In this document: one piece after another, positions 1 to 9,381 of the stretch
How the letters are laid out: every line of letters begins with the position of its first letter
How positions within the stretch are numbered: position 1 is the first letter of the stretch
NCBI GenBank assembly: GCA_038063755.1
Contig: JBBTUL010000011.1
Location: 71,040 to 135,039, forward strand
Direction of reading: 5' to 3'
DNA: 64,000 bases
Source of the DNA: Patescibacteria group bacterium
GTDB taxonomy: Bacteria > Patescibacteriota > Minisyncoccia > UBA6257 > 2-01-FULL-56-20
Made by a program: the position numbers and the translations under genes
The notes under the pieces: model-generated
Told to the model about the DNA's origin: nothing
The model's database searches: none
The model's input: only the letters and a program-made list of their open reading frames with translations

Positions 1-1
1 G

Positions 2-1705
2 GTGGGAGAAGCCATTGTCCGTCCCACGGAGGATTCCCGTATTTTTCGAAATGACGGAAAAGCGACCGACGTATTCAAGGGTGCGAAGGGAGGATCCTTT
101 CTCCTGCGATTACCGGCACCCCAGGGTCCGTTGGTGTTTTCCGAAACCCACCCCGACCAATCGAAGTGGTATTTGAACTCCTCAGTTTCTCTCGAGTGGA
201 CGAACGAAAGCGGGACTCTTGCCAGGGGATACAGCTACATACTGAACAACAATCCCATTGACGTTCCGGATGATATTCCCGAAGGAACACAGACGAGTGT
301 TATATATCGAGACCTTCCCGACGGACGGTATTATTTCCACATCAAATCTCTTAGCAATGAGGGACTATGGGGGCGAGTTACCCATTACGCCTTCAAGATA
401 GACGCTTCTCCTCCCGCGGAATTTCGCATTGCGGCACTCCCGAAAGCAAAAACTTCACGGCGCCAACCGATTCTCCAATTCCAGACTACCGACGCGGAAT
501 CAGGTCTTGATCACTATGAAATGAAAGTTATCCCTCTACGGCGACAGGGGGAGGTTCTTGCGAGCCTCAAGGAGGAGAGTCAGCCGATCTTTTTCGAAGC
601 TCAAAGTCCCTATCTTACTTCTCCTCTTTTTCTTGGGTCCTATGACGTAATCGTGCGCGCATACGATGTAGCGGGTAATTACCGCGACTCTGCGGAGCGG
701 ATAAGGATCGTAAGCGCTCTATTTCGCTCTATCGGAGATGAAGGGCTCGAGGTAAAAGAGCTTGTCGTTATTCCGTGGATGGGAATCTGGAGTTCTTTCG
801 CGCTTCTGATTTTCCTCGCGGGATATCTTGTGTTCGTTATACGCCGCTCTCATAAGAAAACAGCCAAGCAGCAGGAAACGAAAGACCTTCCGGACTATGT
901 GCGAGAAAAAATAGATGAATTGAACAAATACCGTTCAAAATACGGAACTCTTATTGCACTCCTTCTTGCCTTTGCCGCATTATCACTCATCCCGATGGCG
1001 CCTCGGACGGCGAATGCGAGCGAGGATATCCTCCGCCTGGCCCCACCGCTTGTAACCAGCATGGCAAAAGACATCTCAAATGAGGAGATTTTTTACGTGG
1101 GCGGCAGGGTAGAGGCACCGCGCGCGGATGTCGTGCTCTATCTTCAAAACCTGAACACGGGAGAGACGATAAGCCAGGCGACGGTATCGAACGAGAGGGG
1201 AGAATGGTTCTACCGGCACAATACGTTTCTCTCATCCGGAGACTATCTTTTGTGGACCCAGGTGAGGTCGGGAGAGGTTCTTTCGCCCCCAAGTCCGCAG
1301 ATAGAGTTGGGTGTTCGCGAGACGGCGCTTCATTTCGGGGCTTCGCGCTTAAGCTACGAAATGCTCTACCTCATACTTTTATTCGTCCTCTCGGCCATAG
1401 TCCTTGTTCTTATCGGGTTCGCGATTTGGCACCATACAAAATTCAGAAAGGTGAAAAGATCTTTGGCGAAAGAGGTGCGAGAGGCGGAGGAATCAATCCG
1501 ACGTGGATTTGCGGTGCTTCGGAGAGACATTCAAAGCGAACTGGCCTTGTTTAAAAAGACGAAGCTCCCGCAATCGATTTCGCAGGAAGAAAAGATACGG
1601 GAGGCGCAACTGCTCAAAGATTTGGCATGGGTCGAGTCCTATGTCGGAAAGGAGGTTTGGGATATAGAGCGCGCATCGGATCCGCGGTCTAGCGGAGCGT
1701 TGTAG
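2..1705 (+). CDS. Cell-surface/membrane protein with Ig-like domains and several hydrophobic segments (5'-partial)
   Basis: 567-aa open frame running off the left edge; beta-rich segments (YYFHIKS, IDASPP, YDVIVRAYDVAGN), TM segments and a C-terminal coiled region. Confidence 0.7.
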   Translation: MGEAIVRPTEDSRIFRNDGKATDVFKGAKGGSFLLRLPAPQGPLVFSETHPDQSKWYLNSSVSLEWTNESGTLARGYSYILNNNPIDVPDDIPEGTQTSVIYRDLPDGRYYFHIKSLSNEGLWGRVTHYAFKIDASPPAEFRIAALPKAKTSRRQPILQFQTTDAESGLDHYEMKVIPLRRQGEVLASLKEESQPIFFEAQSPYLTSPLFLGSYDVIVRAYDVAGNYRDSAERIRIVSALFRSIGDEGLEVKELVVIPWMGIWSSFALLIFLAGYLVFVIRRSHKKTAKQQETKDLPDYVREKIDELNKYRSKYGTLIALLLAFAALSLIPMAPRTANASEDILRLAPPLVTSMAKDISNEEIFYVGGRVEAPRADVVLYLQNLNTGETISQATVSNERGEWFYRHNTFLSSGDYLLWTQVRSGEVLSPPSPQIELGVRETALHFGASRLSYEMLYLILLFVLSAIVLVLIGFAIWHHTKFRKVKRSLAKEVREAEESIRRGFAVLRRDIQSELALFKKTKLPQSISQEEKIREAQLLKDLAWVESYVGKEVWDIERASDPRSSGAL

Positions 1706-2585
1706 GGTTCTTTCCCTCAACTTGGATAAGGGTCAAAATGAGGCGACCCGTATCGACATTCGCAGAAAATAATTTCACGCGCTTTTCGGGGCTTGGTTTG
1801 CTTGTAAACGAGGCAAGCGCACTACCCCAGGTCCACACTCCGGGCTCTTCCCCCAACGCCCGTATTTTTCTCGATATCTCAAGTGCAAGCTCGGAATTTT
1901 TTCCGGAAAGAGCTTCCGCAAGATCTTCCGGATCCACGAATCCATCTTCGGACGTGAATTTTGAGGTAAAAGTTGCATTTTCGTGTTTCTGCGGGATCGG
2001 TCTCGACTTTCCCGCCGAGAAGAGTGGAATATTTTTTGCTCCGAGTTTTCCGCCCAAATGCGCGAGGCGTATGAGGAGATCCTTGAACGAGAGGTCATCT
2101 ATCGGGCACGACTCTTCGGCGAGAACGGGTCCGTGGTCGACCTTCTCGTCCATAAGGAACAGCGAAACGCCGGTTGTCGTGTCGCCCTCAAGAATGGATG
2201 TCTGAACGGGAGAGGCACCTCGGTGCTTCGGAAGGAGAGATGGATGAACTCCTATCGCTCCAAGGTTGGGAATCATAAGCACGTCTTCGGGAATAATCTT
2301 CGCGTAAGCGGCTACGATAAATAAATCCGGCTTTAACGCCGCAAGTTCATGTTTCGCATCGGACGGCGAGTGCGGCTGTAAAACGGGTACACGAAGCCCC
2401 GAGATGCGAATATATTGCTTTGTCGCCGGCGAGGTGAGTTCCTTTTTCCGACCGGCTGGTTTGTCGGGATTGCAAACAAGTGCATGGGGAATCAGGCCCC
2501 CGGCGACGAGTTCTTCAAGTACTATTTTCGCGAATTCCGGGCTCCCGAAAAAAACGTACTTTGGGTGAAGTGAATTAATTTTCAT
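1689..2585 (-). CDS. fmt: Methionyl-tRNA formyltransferase
   Basis: FFGSPEF, PDKPAGR, VAAYAKI, HPSLLPKHRGASP motifs; start placed at ATG 2585 overlapping def stop (ORF track extends to 2672). Confidence 0.95.
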   Translation of the reverse strand: MKINSLHPKYVFFGSPEFAKIVLEELVAGGLIPHALVCNPDKPAGRKKELTSPATKQYIRISGLRVPVLQPHSPSDAKHELAALKPDLFIVAAYAKIIPEDVLMIPNLGAIGVHPSLLPKHRGASPVQTSILEGDTTTGVSLFLMDEKVDHGPVLAEESCPIDDLSFKDLLIRLAHLGGKLGAKNIPLFSAGKSRPIPQKHENATFTSKFTSEDGFVDPEDLAEALSGKNSELALEISRKIRALGEEPGVWTWGSALASFTSKPSPEKRVKLFSANVDTGRLILTLIQVEGKNPTTLR

Positions 2586-3084
2586 TTTTACTGATGACTC
2601 TGGTGTTTTTTGCGCGGTCAATAAAAAGAATTCCGTCAAGATGGTCAACCTCGTGTTGAAATATTCGGGCAAGAAGACCCCAGGTTTTTATTTTGATCTT
2701 TTTTCCGGATTTATCGTCGGCGACGATGGTTACTTGATAAGAGCGCTCAACCTGTCCATACACCCCAGGGATACTCAAACATCCCTCCTCTTCGATTCGA
2801 GTTTCTGCACTTTTCTTCTCGATGTGAGGATTGAAAAGAGCATAAAACTTCTTTCCGTTTTCAGAAGGAACCTCTGCCACAAACATGCGAAAAGCATGCC
2901 CAACTTGATTTGCAGAAAGCCCAACGCCGTTCGCTTCTCTCATTGTCGCCTTCATGTCAAAGAGAAGTGCTCTCATTTCTCCCGCGTTAAATTTTGAGAA
3001 ATCGAAAGAAGTTGTTTTTTTTCGTAAAAACTTTTCCTCCTCTTTTTTCTTGACAGTTATTATCCTCATGGCACTTTTTTTCAC
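2575..3084 (-). CDS. def: Peptide deformylase
   Basis: GVGLSANQVG, EGCLS and QHEVDHL motifs; adjacent to fmt. Confidence 0.97.
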   Translation of the reverse strand: MKKSAMRIITVKKKEEEKFLRKKTTSFDFSKFNAGEMRALLFDMKATMREANGVGLSANQVGHAFRMFVAEVPSENGKKFYALFNPHIEKKSAETRIEEEGCLSIPGVYGQVERSYQVTIVADDKSGKKIKIKTWGLLARIFQHEVDHLDGILFIDRAKNTRVISKNEN

Positions 3085-3344
3085 TTTTTTTCCGCTTCGG
3101 AGAAAACAATCTTCATAAAATAAGCTCCTTTGTTCTTGACCGATTTGTTTTGAGAAATCTCCTTCGCAATTTTTCTTAAGTCCCGCGCTTCATAGCGTTT
3201 CGCCATTTTAATGTAGAGAGACTTGTGCTCTTCGTCGCCCAGGAGTTCTGCAATTTCTAGCCCGAGAAGCTGAAAGTCCGCATAAACTCGGCTTCTTTTT
3301 TTTCTTATCCTTATTTCATTCAAGTAATTTGGGGCAATAGGCAC
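3081..3344 (-). CDS. Small basic hypothetical protein
   Basis: 87-aa ORF overlapping def start; TACAAT box 6 nt before its GTG. Confidence 0.7.
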   Translation of the reverse strand: MPIAPNYLNEIRIRKKRSRVYADFQLLGLEIAELLGDEEHKSLYIKMAKRYEARDLRKIAKEISQNKSVKNKGAYFMKIVFSEAEKK

Positions 3345-3425
3345 GTGACCATTGTAATGAAAGGACGGTATTTATTCAACAAGTTGCAGAACTGACCGTG
3401 TGCCTGTTAGAATATACGATACAGA

Positions 3426-4640
3426 ATGAAACATCCAATCTTACTAACAGCCGTTGTGGTTTTTGCCGCAGGTGCTCTTCTTTGGAGCGGATTTTCTCTC
3501 GGCGTTTCGACCGTTTTGAATCGGCCATCTCTTTTGCCGCCTGTCTATCTCGAAAACGTTAGCACGACAACGATAGAGGCCGACTTCGGAACGTTCTGGC
3601 AGGCCTGGAATTCTATCGATAAGATTTATCTCAAAAGCACTTCTACGTCAAAAGAAGATCGCGTTTACGGTGCCATTTCGGGACTAGTAGATTCGCTCGG
3701 CGATCCATATTCAGAGTTTTTCCCTCCGGAAGATGGAAAGAAGTTTCGAGAAGACATACAAGGAGACTTCGGGGGCATCGGAGCACAGATCGGAACCAAG
3801 GAAGGAAGAATTATCATAATTGCTCCACTAAAAGATAGTCCGGCGATGCAGGCTGGGCTGAAAGCAGGGGACTATATCCTTTCCGTAAATGCAACATCAA
3901 CAGCCGGATTAGGTGTTGACCGCGCTGTTCAGATCATTCGAGGACCAATCGATTCAAAGGTGAAGCTTCTCGTTCTTCGCGAGGGATGGGATGAACCCAA
4001 AGAGTACGAGATCGTCCGCGCAAAAATTGTAGCTCCAACTCTTGATTTTTCCATGAAGGAGGGAGGTGTCGCGTATGTGCAGCTCTACAGCTTCAACGGA
4101 AACACCGAACGACTTTTTCGCGACGCCATGATTCAGGCTTTCGGGAGCGGCATGAGGGGACTCGTCTTAGATCTTAGAAATAACCCGGGAGGATACTTGG
4201 ATGTTGCGGTAAATCTTGCTGGATGGTTTGTCCCGCGCGGAAAGATCGTCCTAAGCGAGGAAACGAAGCGGGGAGTGGAAGAAGTCTTTCGAGCGAGCGG
4301 AAATGAGGTTCTTCTTGAAACTCCGGTCGTGATTCTTATAAACGGGGGATCTGCGTCGGCCTCAGAAATTCTAGCCGGAGCACTGCAGGACATCCGAGGA
4401 GCGAAGCTTATCGGTGAAACGACTTTTGGAAAAGGGACCGTTCAGCAGCTCGAAGAATTCGCGGACGGTTCTTCGATTAAGCTAACCATTGCACATTGGG
4501 TTCTTCCGTCCGGAAAAATTCTTGAAGGGAAAGGAATCGGCCCCGATTTCAGCGTTGCGGGAAAGAGTGAAGATGAAAAAGAGCCAGAAGACCTTCAGCT
4601 CAAAAAAGCCATCGAAGTGCTTATGGGTGAAATAAAATAA
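3426..4640 (+). CDS. ctpA: S41 family C-terminal processing protease (PDZ)
   Basis: N-terminal TM, LGDPYS, PDZ (GGIGAQI), LDLRNNPGG, SASASEI, TFGKGTVQ. Confidence 0.93.
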   Translation: MKHPILLTAVVVFAAGALLWSGFSLGVSTVLNRPSLLPPVYLENVSTTTIEADFGTFWQAWNSIDKIYLKSTSTSKEDRVYGAISGLVDSLGDPYSEFFPPEDGKKFREDIQGDFGGIGAQIGTKEGRIIIIAPLKDSPAMQAGLKAGDYILSVNATSTAGLGVDRAVQIIRGPIDSKVKLLVLREGWDEPKEYEIVRAKIVAPTLDFSMKEGGVAYVQLYSFNGNTERLFRDAMIQAFGSGMRGLVLDLRNNPGGYLDVAVNLAGWFVPRGKIVLSEETKRGVEEVFRASGNEVLLETPVVILINGGSASASEILAGALQDIRGAKLIGETTFGKGTVQQLEEFADGSSIKLTIAHWVLPSGKILEGKGIGPDFSVAGKSEDEKEPEDLQLKKAIEVLMGEIK

Positions 4641-4644
4641 AGAC

Positions 4645-5094
4645 ATGAAGGTCATACTTCTTCAGGACGTACGGAATGTAGGAAAAAAAGACGAAGTGAA
4701 GGAAGTTTCCGATGGGTATGCAAGGAACTCTCTTCTACCGAAAAAGCTTGCGGAACCTGCCACGGCATCCGCACTGAAACGGTTGCAGATTATTCTCATG
4801 GTCAAAGAGAAAGAAAAGAATGAATCACGCGATCATCTGGAAAAATTAAAAAAGATGATCGAAGGAAATACTCTCGAGTTTCACTTAAGGACCGATAGCC
4901 ACGGAACACTTTTCGGTTCGATAAACGGAGAAACAATACTCTCTTCGCTGAGGAGGGAGAAGTTTATTACGAAAGAAAGAGTGTCGGTTTTGCTTCCGCG
5001 CCCCATAAAAGAACTTGGCGAGCACACAATAGTGCTGAGTCTTGGGGATGGAATTGAAGCAAAAATACGAGCTAGAGTACTGCCACAACAGTAG
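4645..5094 (+). CDS. rplI: 50S ribosomal protein L9
   Basis: MKVILLQDV..VGKK..VSDGYARN, LFGSI, PIKELGEH. Confidence 0.97.
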   Translation: MKVILLQDVRNVGKKDEVKEVSDGYARNSLLPKKLAEPATASALKRLQIILMVKEKEKNESRDHLEKLKKMIEGNTLEFHLRTDSHGTLFGSINGETILSSLRREKFITKERVSVLLPRPIKELGEHTIVLSLGDGIEAKIRARVLPQQ

Positions 5095-5344
5095 CCAGTC
5101 TTCGCGAACCGTCAAATTTCGATTTCATCTTTTTGGAAAACTTCACGATTCCATTTTTCATCGCGTAGAGCGTGTCGTCGTCCGCACGTTTAACATTTTT
5201 TCCCGCGAGGTATTTGCTCCCGCGTTGGCGGATCAAGATTTCTCCGACTCCGATAGGCTGTCCGTCCTGGACTTTTACTCCGAGGCGCTGCGACCTGGAA
5301 TCTCTTCCTAATTTTGTTGAGCCAAGGGCTTTTGTATGTGCCAT
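5072..5344 (-). CDS. rpmA: 50S ribosomal protein L27
   Basis: MAHTKALGSTKLGRDS..RLGVK..ILIRQRG. Confidence 0.98.
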   Translation of the reverse strand: MAHTKALGSTKLGRDSRSQRLGVKVQDGQPIGVGEILIRQRGSKYLAGKNVKRADDDTLYAMKNGIVKFSKKMKSKFDGSRRLATVVAVL

Positions 5345-5386
5345 AGGTGAATATTAACTTATCTATCGTATGGTATAATCGCGTCC

Positions 5387-5557
5387 ATGTCAAACATTAT
5401 AAATATCGCGCGAAGGTATAAAAAAGAGATTTTATTTTTCATTTTTTTCTTTCTTGTGTCAAGCACAAGCTTCGCAGTCGGATATCTTGCTCAAAGCGAA
5501 TTTCTTCGCTCCCCGATAACTATCGAAAAATGCCAAGATAATTTGGGCACCCGCTAG
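5387..5557 (+). CDS. Small single-pass membrane protein (56 aa), absent from the ORF track
   Basis: Translated manually: MSNIINIARRYKKEILFFIFFFLVSSTSFAVGYLAQSEFLRSPITIEKCQDNLGTR; TGGTATAAT at 5371-5379, 7 nt before ATG; fills the intergenic gap. Confidence 0.7.
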   Translation: MSNIINIARRYKKEILFFIFFFLVSSTSFAVGYLAQSEFLRSPITIEKCQDNLGTR

Positions 5558-6156
5558 CTTGGAGTTTCGTCGGTACGGTCAAGCGAGAAAGCTCGCGCAT
5601 GGATCATTTTCCCAAGGAACGTCGAAAGAAACATAATGAGAATCGCGAGGAAGGTAAATAAAAAGTAATAACTTCTCTCGACGAACATCGAGCCGAAGAA
5701 GTAAATCAGAAATATGCTCGGAGTGCTTCCGATTATGGTTGCAAGCATAAATCGGAGCGGGCTTATGGTGGTAAGGCCGGCTGCATAGCTCATATAATCG
5801 AAGATACCAGAGCTCGGAATTCTCAAAAGAACTAAACCCCAAAATTTTTTCTTTTCGGATATCTTTCCCTCCCAAATAGAGATTCTTGAAAACGCCGATT
5901 TAAAATATTTTTGAAGAAAAGCTCTGTTTAGCACTTTTGCTATCCAGAACGCCACCATCGCGCCACTCACCAGTCCGATCTCTGAGGCAATAAACCCAAC
6001 ACTCCAGGGAAGAATAGCTATTCCTCCAAGATCAACAAGGAACCCAGGGATCGGAGGCACTACTACCGCTACGGCTCGAAGGGCAAGAAGTGATATGAAC
6101 GAAAGTATCGGATGTCCATTGCTTAATAAAAATACTTGTGCAATGTAGTCATCCAT
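5554..6156 (-). CDS. TVP38/DedA (VTT domain) membrane protein
   Basis: VVPPIPG, LLRIP..FDYMSYAAGLT, multiple TMs. Confidence 0.85.
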   Translation of the reverse strand: MDDYIAQVFLLSNGHPILSFISLLALRAVAVVVPPIPGFLVDLGGIAILPWSVGFIASEIGLVSGAMVAFWIAKVLNRAFLQKYFKSAFSRISIWEGKISEKKKFWGLVLLRIPSSGIFDYMSYAAGLTTISPLRFMLATIIGSTPSIFLIYFFGSMFVERSYYFLFTFLAILIMFLSTFLGKMIHARAFSLDRTDETPS

Positions 6157-6161
6157 GAATC

Positions 6162-6674
6162 TTAAAAGTATGTGCTGGTAATGCGACCAATAGATATCCC
6201 AATCGCAATAGCGATTCCTCCCAGAAGAAGTATCCTGAAGCTATTTTTGATGACTGGAATGTGCGAAATTCTTGCGTCGATTACACCAAGCGTGAGGAGG
6301 GCGACGAGCGAAAGTCCAATTGAGCAGAGAAGCGCGGTAGATGTCGGAAGAAAAAGATAGGGGAGGAGGGGAATGGCTCCGGAGAGAAGGTATGAAAAAA
6401 ACATTACCACCCCACCCAAGAGAGACTTTTTCATCGATATCTCTTTCTGGAACTCATATTCTTCTGCGGACTGCTCTGCAAGGAGGCTCCCAACCGCCAT
6501 AGAGAAAGCTTCGACGAAAACGAGAACGGCTCCGGTGAGGAAAATAGTTTCTCTTCCAACTTCCGCAATCGCTATTCCAGAAAGAAGTCCGACGGTTGAG
6601 ACCAGGCCGTCTTCAACGCCGAATGTAAAATTCCGAATGTAGGACATTCCGTCTTTTCGCCGGTTTGAACTCAT
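6162..6674 (-). CDS. VIT1/CCC1 family Fe/Mn transporter
   Basis: FGVEDGLVSTVGLLSG, AFSMAVG, GAIPLLPY. Confidence 0.9.
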   Translation of the reverse strand: MSSNRRKDGMSYIRNFTFGVEDGLVSTVGLLSGIAIAEVGRETIFLTGAVLVFVEAFSMAVGSLLAEQSAEEYEFQKEISMKKSLLGGVVMFFSYLLSGAIPLLPYLFLPTSTALLCSIGLSLVALLTLGVIDARISHIPVIKNSFRILLLGGIAIAIGISIGRITSTYF

Positions 6675-6694
6675 ATGGGTATATTAGTTTAAAA

Positions 6695-6726
6695 AAAAGA
6701 CAACTCCAAGTCTGGAGTTGTCTTTT
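6695..6726. terminator. Intrinsic terminator hairpin
   Basis: AAAAGACAACTCCA-agtc-TGGAGTTGTCTTTT with A/T tails, just after the DUF378 stop. Confidence 0.8.
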
Positions 6727-6738
6727 GCGGGGACGAAA

Positions 6739-6969
6739 CTATCCCTGGGCTACGCCTGAAGCAGACGGTCCACAGGCCTTGCAGTCGGCTTTATGCGCAA
6801 AAAGCTCATAAACGGCCGAGAGGCCAACGAGAATATAGATTATTCTCGAAACCCATGCCGAAGGGCCTCCGAAGAGATTTCCTATCTCCCACTGGAAAAG
6901 CCCGAAAAGAAGCCAGTTCAATCCACCAACAACAAGGAGGATGAACGTTACCATATGCAATCCTTTCAT
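6739..6969 (-). CDS. DUF378 family small membrane protein
   Basis: LLVVGGLNWLL.GLF..RIIYILVGLSA. Confidence 0.9.
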   Translation of the reverse strand: MKGLHMVTFILLVVGGLNWLLFGLFQWEIGNLFGGPSAWVSRIIYILVGLSAVYELFAHKADCKACGPSASGVAQG

Positions 6970-7098
6970 GTTTTAGCATTTATGTTCGAACACCCGACCT
7001 TTATTCCATTATACCATTCCCTCTTGAGACTAATTGACAAACGGGGATGGTGGTTGCTATGGTTTTAAAAGCTAATCTTTCGCTGTGCGGGAGAAATC

Positions 7099-7203
7099 AT
7101 GCGAACAGTGATCGAGATGTTCGTCCTGATCGGTGAATTCTATGTTTTTCTCATTAAGTGGTTTTGGAGGCACGTGAAAGAGGAAAGGTTCCAGGCCTGG
7201 TAG
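7099..7203 (+). CDS. Small hydrophobic protein (34 aa), absent from the ORF track
   Basis: MRTVIEMFVLIGEFYVFLIKWFWRHVKEERFQAW; TTGACA(7034)-18-TATGGT promoter, GGGAG RBS at 7089, terminator at 7215-7236. Confidence 0.6.
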   Translation: MRTVIEMFVLIGEFYVFLIKWFWRHVKEERFQAW

Positions 7204-7214
7204 ACAGCGGCATT

Positions 7215-7236
7215 TCCGGCATATGGCCGGATTTTT
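7215..7236 (+). terminator. Intrinsic terminator
   Basis: TCCGGC-atatg-GCCGGA-TTTTT. Confidence 0.7.
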
Positions 7237-8006
7237 TATTTCAAGTAACCAATTTTTTTGAGCCACCATTCATTCTCCCACTCCCAAAGACGCTTCGCGC
7301 CCAAGAAAGCTTCGAAGTCCGATTTCCAAAACGGAAATTCTTGAAGTTCGATTACGCCTTGAACGGCACCCCATTCGTGCGCGCTCGTCGCGCAAACTAC
7401 GCGCGAGCCGTTATTGCGAATCTTCTCGCGTCCTCCTTTTGTTCTTTTCGTCGCTCCGCAAATCTGGCACTTGCTTACTTGATCGATCCTCAGAATCCAG
7501 CGTGTGTGAAGGGTCGGGAACGTTTTTTTAAGCGCTTCGATATATGCGGCGGTTTGCAGATTGTAATCGCGATAAATCGATTGCGATGTTTTAATATCCA
7601 AGATGCCAAACTTCCCGTCGATAACGGCGAGCGCATCCACCGTTCCGGCATAGCGGTGTTCGGGATGCAATATCCTTCGCTCGATATAATCCGGCGCAAC
7701 CTTGATCGGAGTTTTCGCGGCGAATTCGCGAAATGCAGTGACCGCCGGAGCGATGGAGGAGGGGACACTGGGATTGAGTCCTAGGAGCAATTCTTCGACA
7801 ACTTCGTGCACCAACGTTCCTTCTTCCGCCGAGCGATTCGAGACGGCCTTTGCCGCTTCTTCGCTCCCCATCTCTTTGTAGAAGTTATGGAGTCCCGGCT
7901 TTGATTTTATCGAGACGATTCGGGTTACCCGTGGATACCACGCATCCTCGATGGTGTATCCGTTCGAATCCATAAACTCATATTCATCCCGGAAATATTC
8001 TGACAT
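7236..8006 (-). CDS. PD-(D/E)XK nuclease superfamily protein (RecB/Cas4-like exonuclease)
   Basis: YPRVT, GTLVH, YAGTVD, ILDIKTS, LQTAAY; inserted CxxC..C..H segment. Confidence 0.8.
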   Translation of the reverse strand: MSEYFRDEYEFMDSNGYTIEDAWYPRVTRIVSIKSKPGLHNFYKEMGSEEAAKAVSNRSAEEGTLVHEVVEELLLGLNPSVPSSIAPAVTAFREFAAKTPIKVAPDYIERRILHPEHRYAGTVDALAVIDGKFGILDIKTSQSIYRDYNLQTAAYIEALKKTFPTLHTRWILRIDQVSKCQICGATKRTKGGREKIRNNGSRVVCATSAHEWGAVQGVIELQEFPFWKSDFEAFLGAKRLWEWENEWWLKKIGYLK

Positions 8007-8013
8007 AGCGTAG

Positions 8014-9381
8014 TTATTTGAGGAGGCGTTCAGTATAGCTCACAATGTCGCCCGCACCCATCATGATGACCATGATTCTGTGCTTTTTGCCTAAGATCGA
8101 ATCCGTGAATTTCAAAAGTGTTTTCCTTGAAAGGGAATGGGGATCTTCAAGGTAGAGAAGGGGGAGGTGTCTGTTCTTCTTCCCGATGGCGCGTGCCAGA
8201 TCGTTCGCGGTCATGACGCCCCTTTCCTCGTCGCGACCCTTTACCCGATAGGTCGGCAAGAGGATAAGCCCATCCGCTTCGTCGAACGCTCCGACAAACT
8301 CTTTGAATAACTTCTTTAACCGTTCGGCATGGTGTGGTTGGAACACCGGCAGGATAAGGTGGCCGCGGAATTTTTCTCGAAATGCACCGATGGTCGCTCG
8401 GATCTCGGTTGGATGGTGCGCGTAGTCGTCAAACACCGTAAATGCCATACCGCCGGAATGAAACGATCCGCGCCTCTCGTATCTTCTCCAGGCCCCGCGA
8501 TACCGTCCAAGCGAAGCAAGAATATCCCTTTTAGGAATTTCAAGAAGAGCGCCCAGTCTGTAAACCGCAAGCGCGTTTGACGCGTTGTGGATCCCAGGGA
8601 TTTGCAATGTGCGACGGATGGCTGGGGCGATACTGTCATCCATCGAATACCAGACAAGTTGTAGTTTATTTTTCCGCACCAACGTCTCGATCTTTCCCTT
8701 GAGCGAGAATAAGTACTCATTGTCGCGATTCAGGATAAGCGAACCGCCGACTTGCGTTTGCGCAAGGAAGCGCAAGAATGTCTTTTTAATGTCGGCAAGA
8801 TCGCGATAACAATCCAAGTGCTCGCGGTCGATATTCGTTACGATAGCGCAGTACGGCGCGTAATTTAAAAATGCTTTTTTGAACTCGTCGGCTTCAAGCA
8901 CCAGGTAATCTCCGTGGCCGTTTCGGAAGTTTGAGTTTCTAAATTCTTTGAGTTTCGTTCCCACGATAACAGTCGGATCAAGACCTACCGAAGTCAAAAG
9001 AAGCGCCGCAAGAGCCGTCGTGGTGCTTTTCCCATGAGCGCCGGAGACGGTAATTGTCTTGTACTCACGGGTAATCCTCCCCACCATTTCGGGGTAGGAG
9101 AGAACTTCTATTTTCCGCTTCCGAGCCTCAAAAAGCTCTTTATTTTCGGGTTTTATGGCATTCGAATATATGACAAGCCTCGCGGCGGGGGGAACCCCTC
9201 CAGAATGGCCAATTTTGAGCTTTACGCCCTCTTTTACCAAGGAATCGGTGAGTTCACTTCGGGTGGCGTCGGAGCCCGAAACAGCCCATTTTTGGGCCAA
9301 AAACCACCTGGCGAGGGAACTTACCCCGATACCGCCGATGCCTATAAAATGGACCGATTTTCTCGCCTGTCTTTTCGTCAT
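8014..9381 (-). CDS. murC: UDP-N-acetylmuramate--L-alanine ligase
   Basis: HFIGIGGIGVS, GAHGKSTTT, LEADE, DDYAHHPTEI. Confidence 0.95.
   Translation of the reverse strand: MTKRQARKSVHFIGIGGIGVSSLARWFLAQKWAVSGSDATRSELTDSLVKEGVKLKIGHSGGVPPAARLVIYSNAIKPENKELFEARKRKIEVLSYPEMVGRITREYKTITVSGAHGKSTTTALAALLLTSVGLDPTVIVGTKLKEFRNSNFRNGHGDYLVLEADEFKKAFLNYAPYCAIVTNIDREHLDCYRDLADIKKTFLRFLAQTQVGGSLILNRDNEYLFSLKGKIETLVRKNKLQLVWYSMDDSIAPAIRRTLQIPGIHNASNALAVYRLGALLEIPKRDILASLGRYRGAWRRYERRGSFHSGGMAFTVFDDYAHHPTEIRATIGAFREKFRGHLILPVFQPHHAERLKKLFKEFVGAFDEADGLILLPTYRVKGRDEERGVMTANDLARAIGKKNRHLPLLYLEDPHSLSRKTLLKFTDSILGKKHRIMVIMMGAGDIVSYTERLLK

Noticed and set aside
7236-8006. Cas4 / CRISPR locus
   Set aside because: Stand-alone PD-(D/E)XK nuclease; no cas1/cas2 and no regularly spaced repeat array seen.
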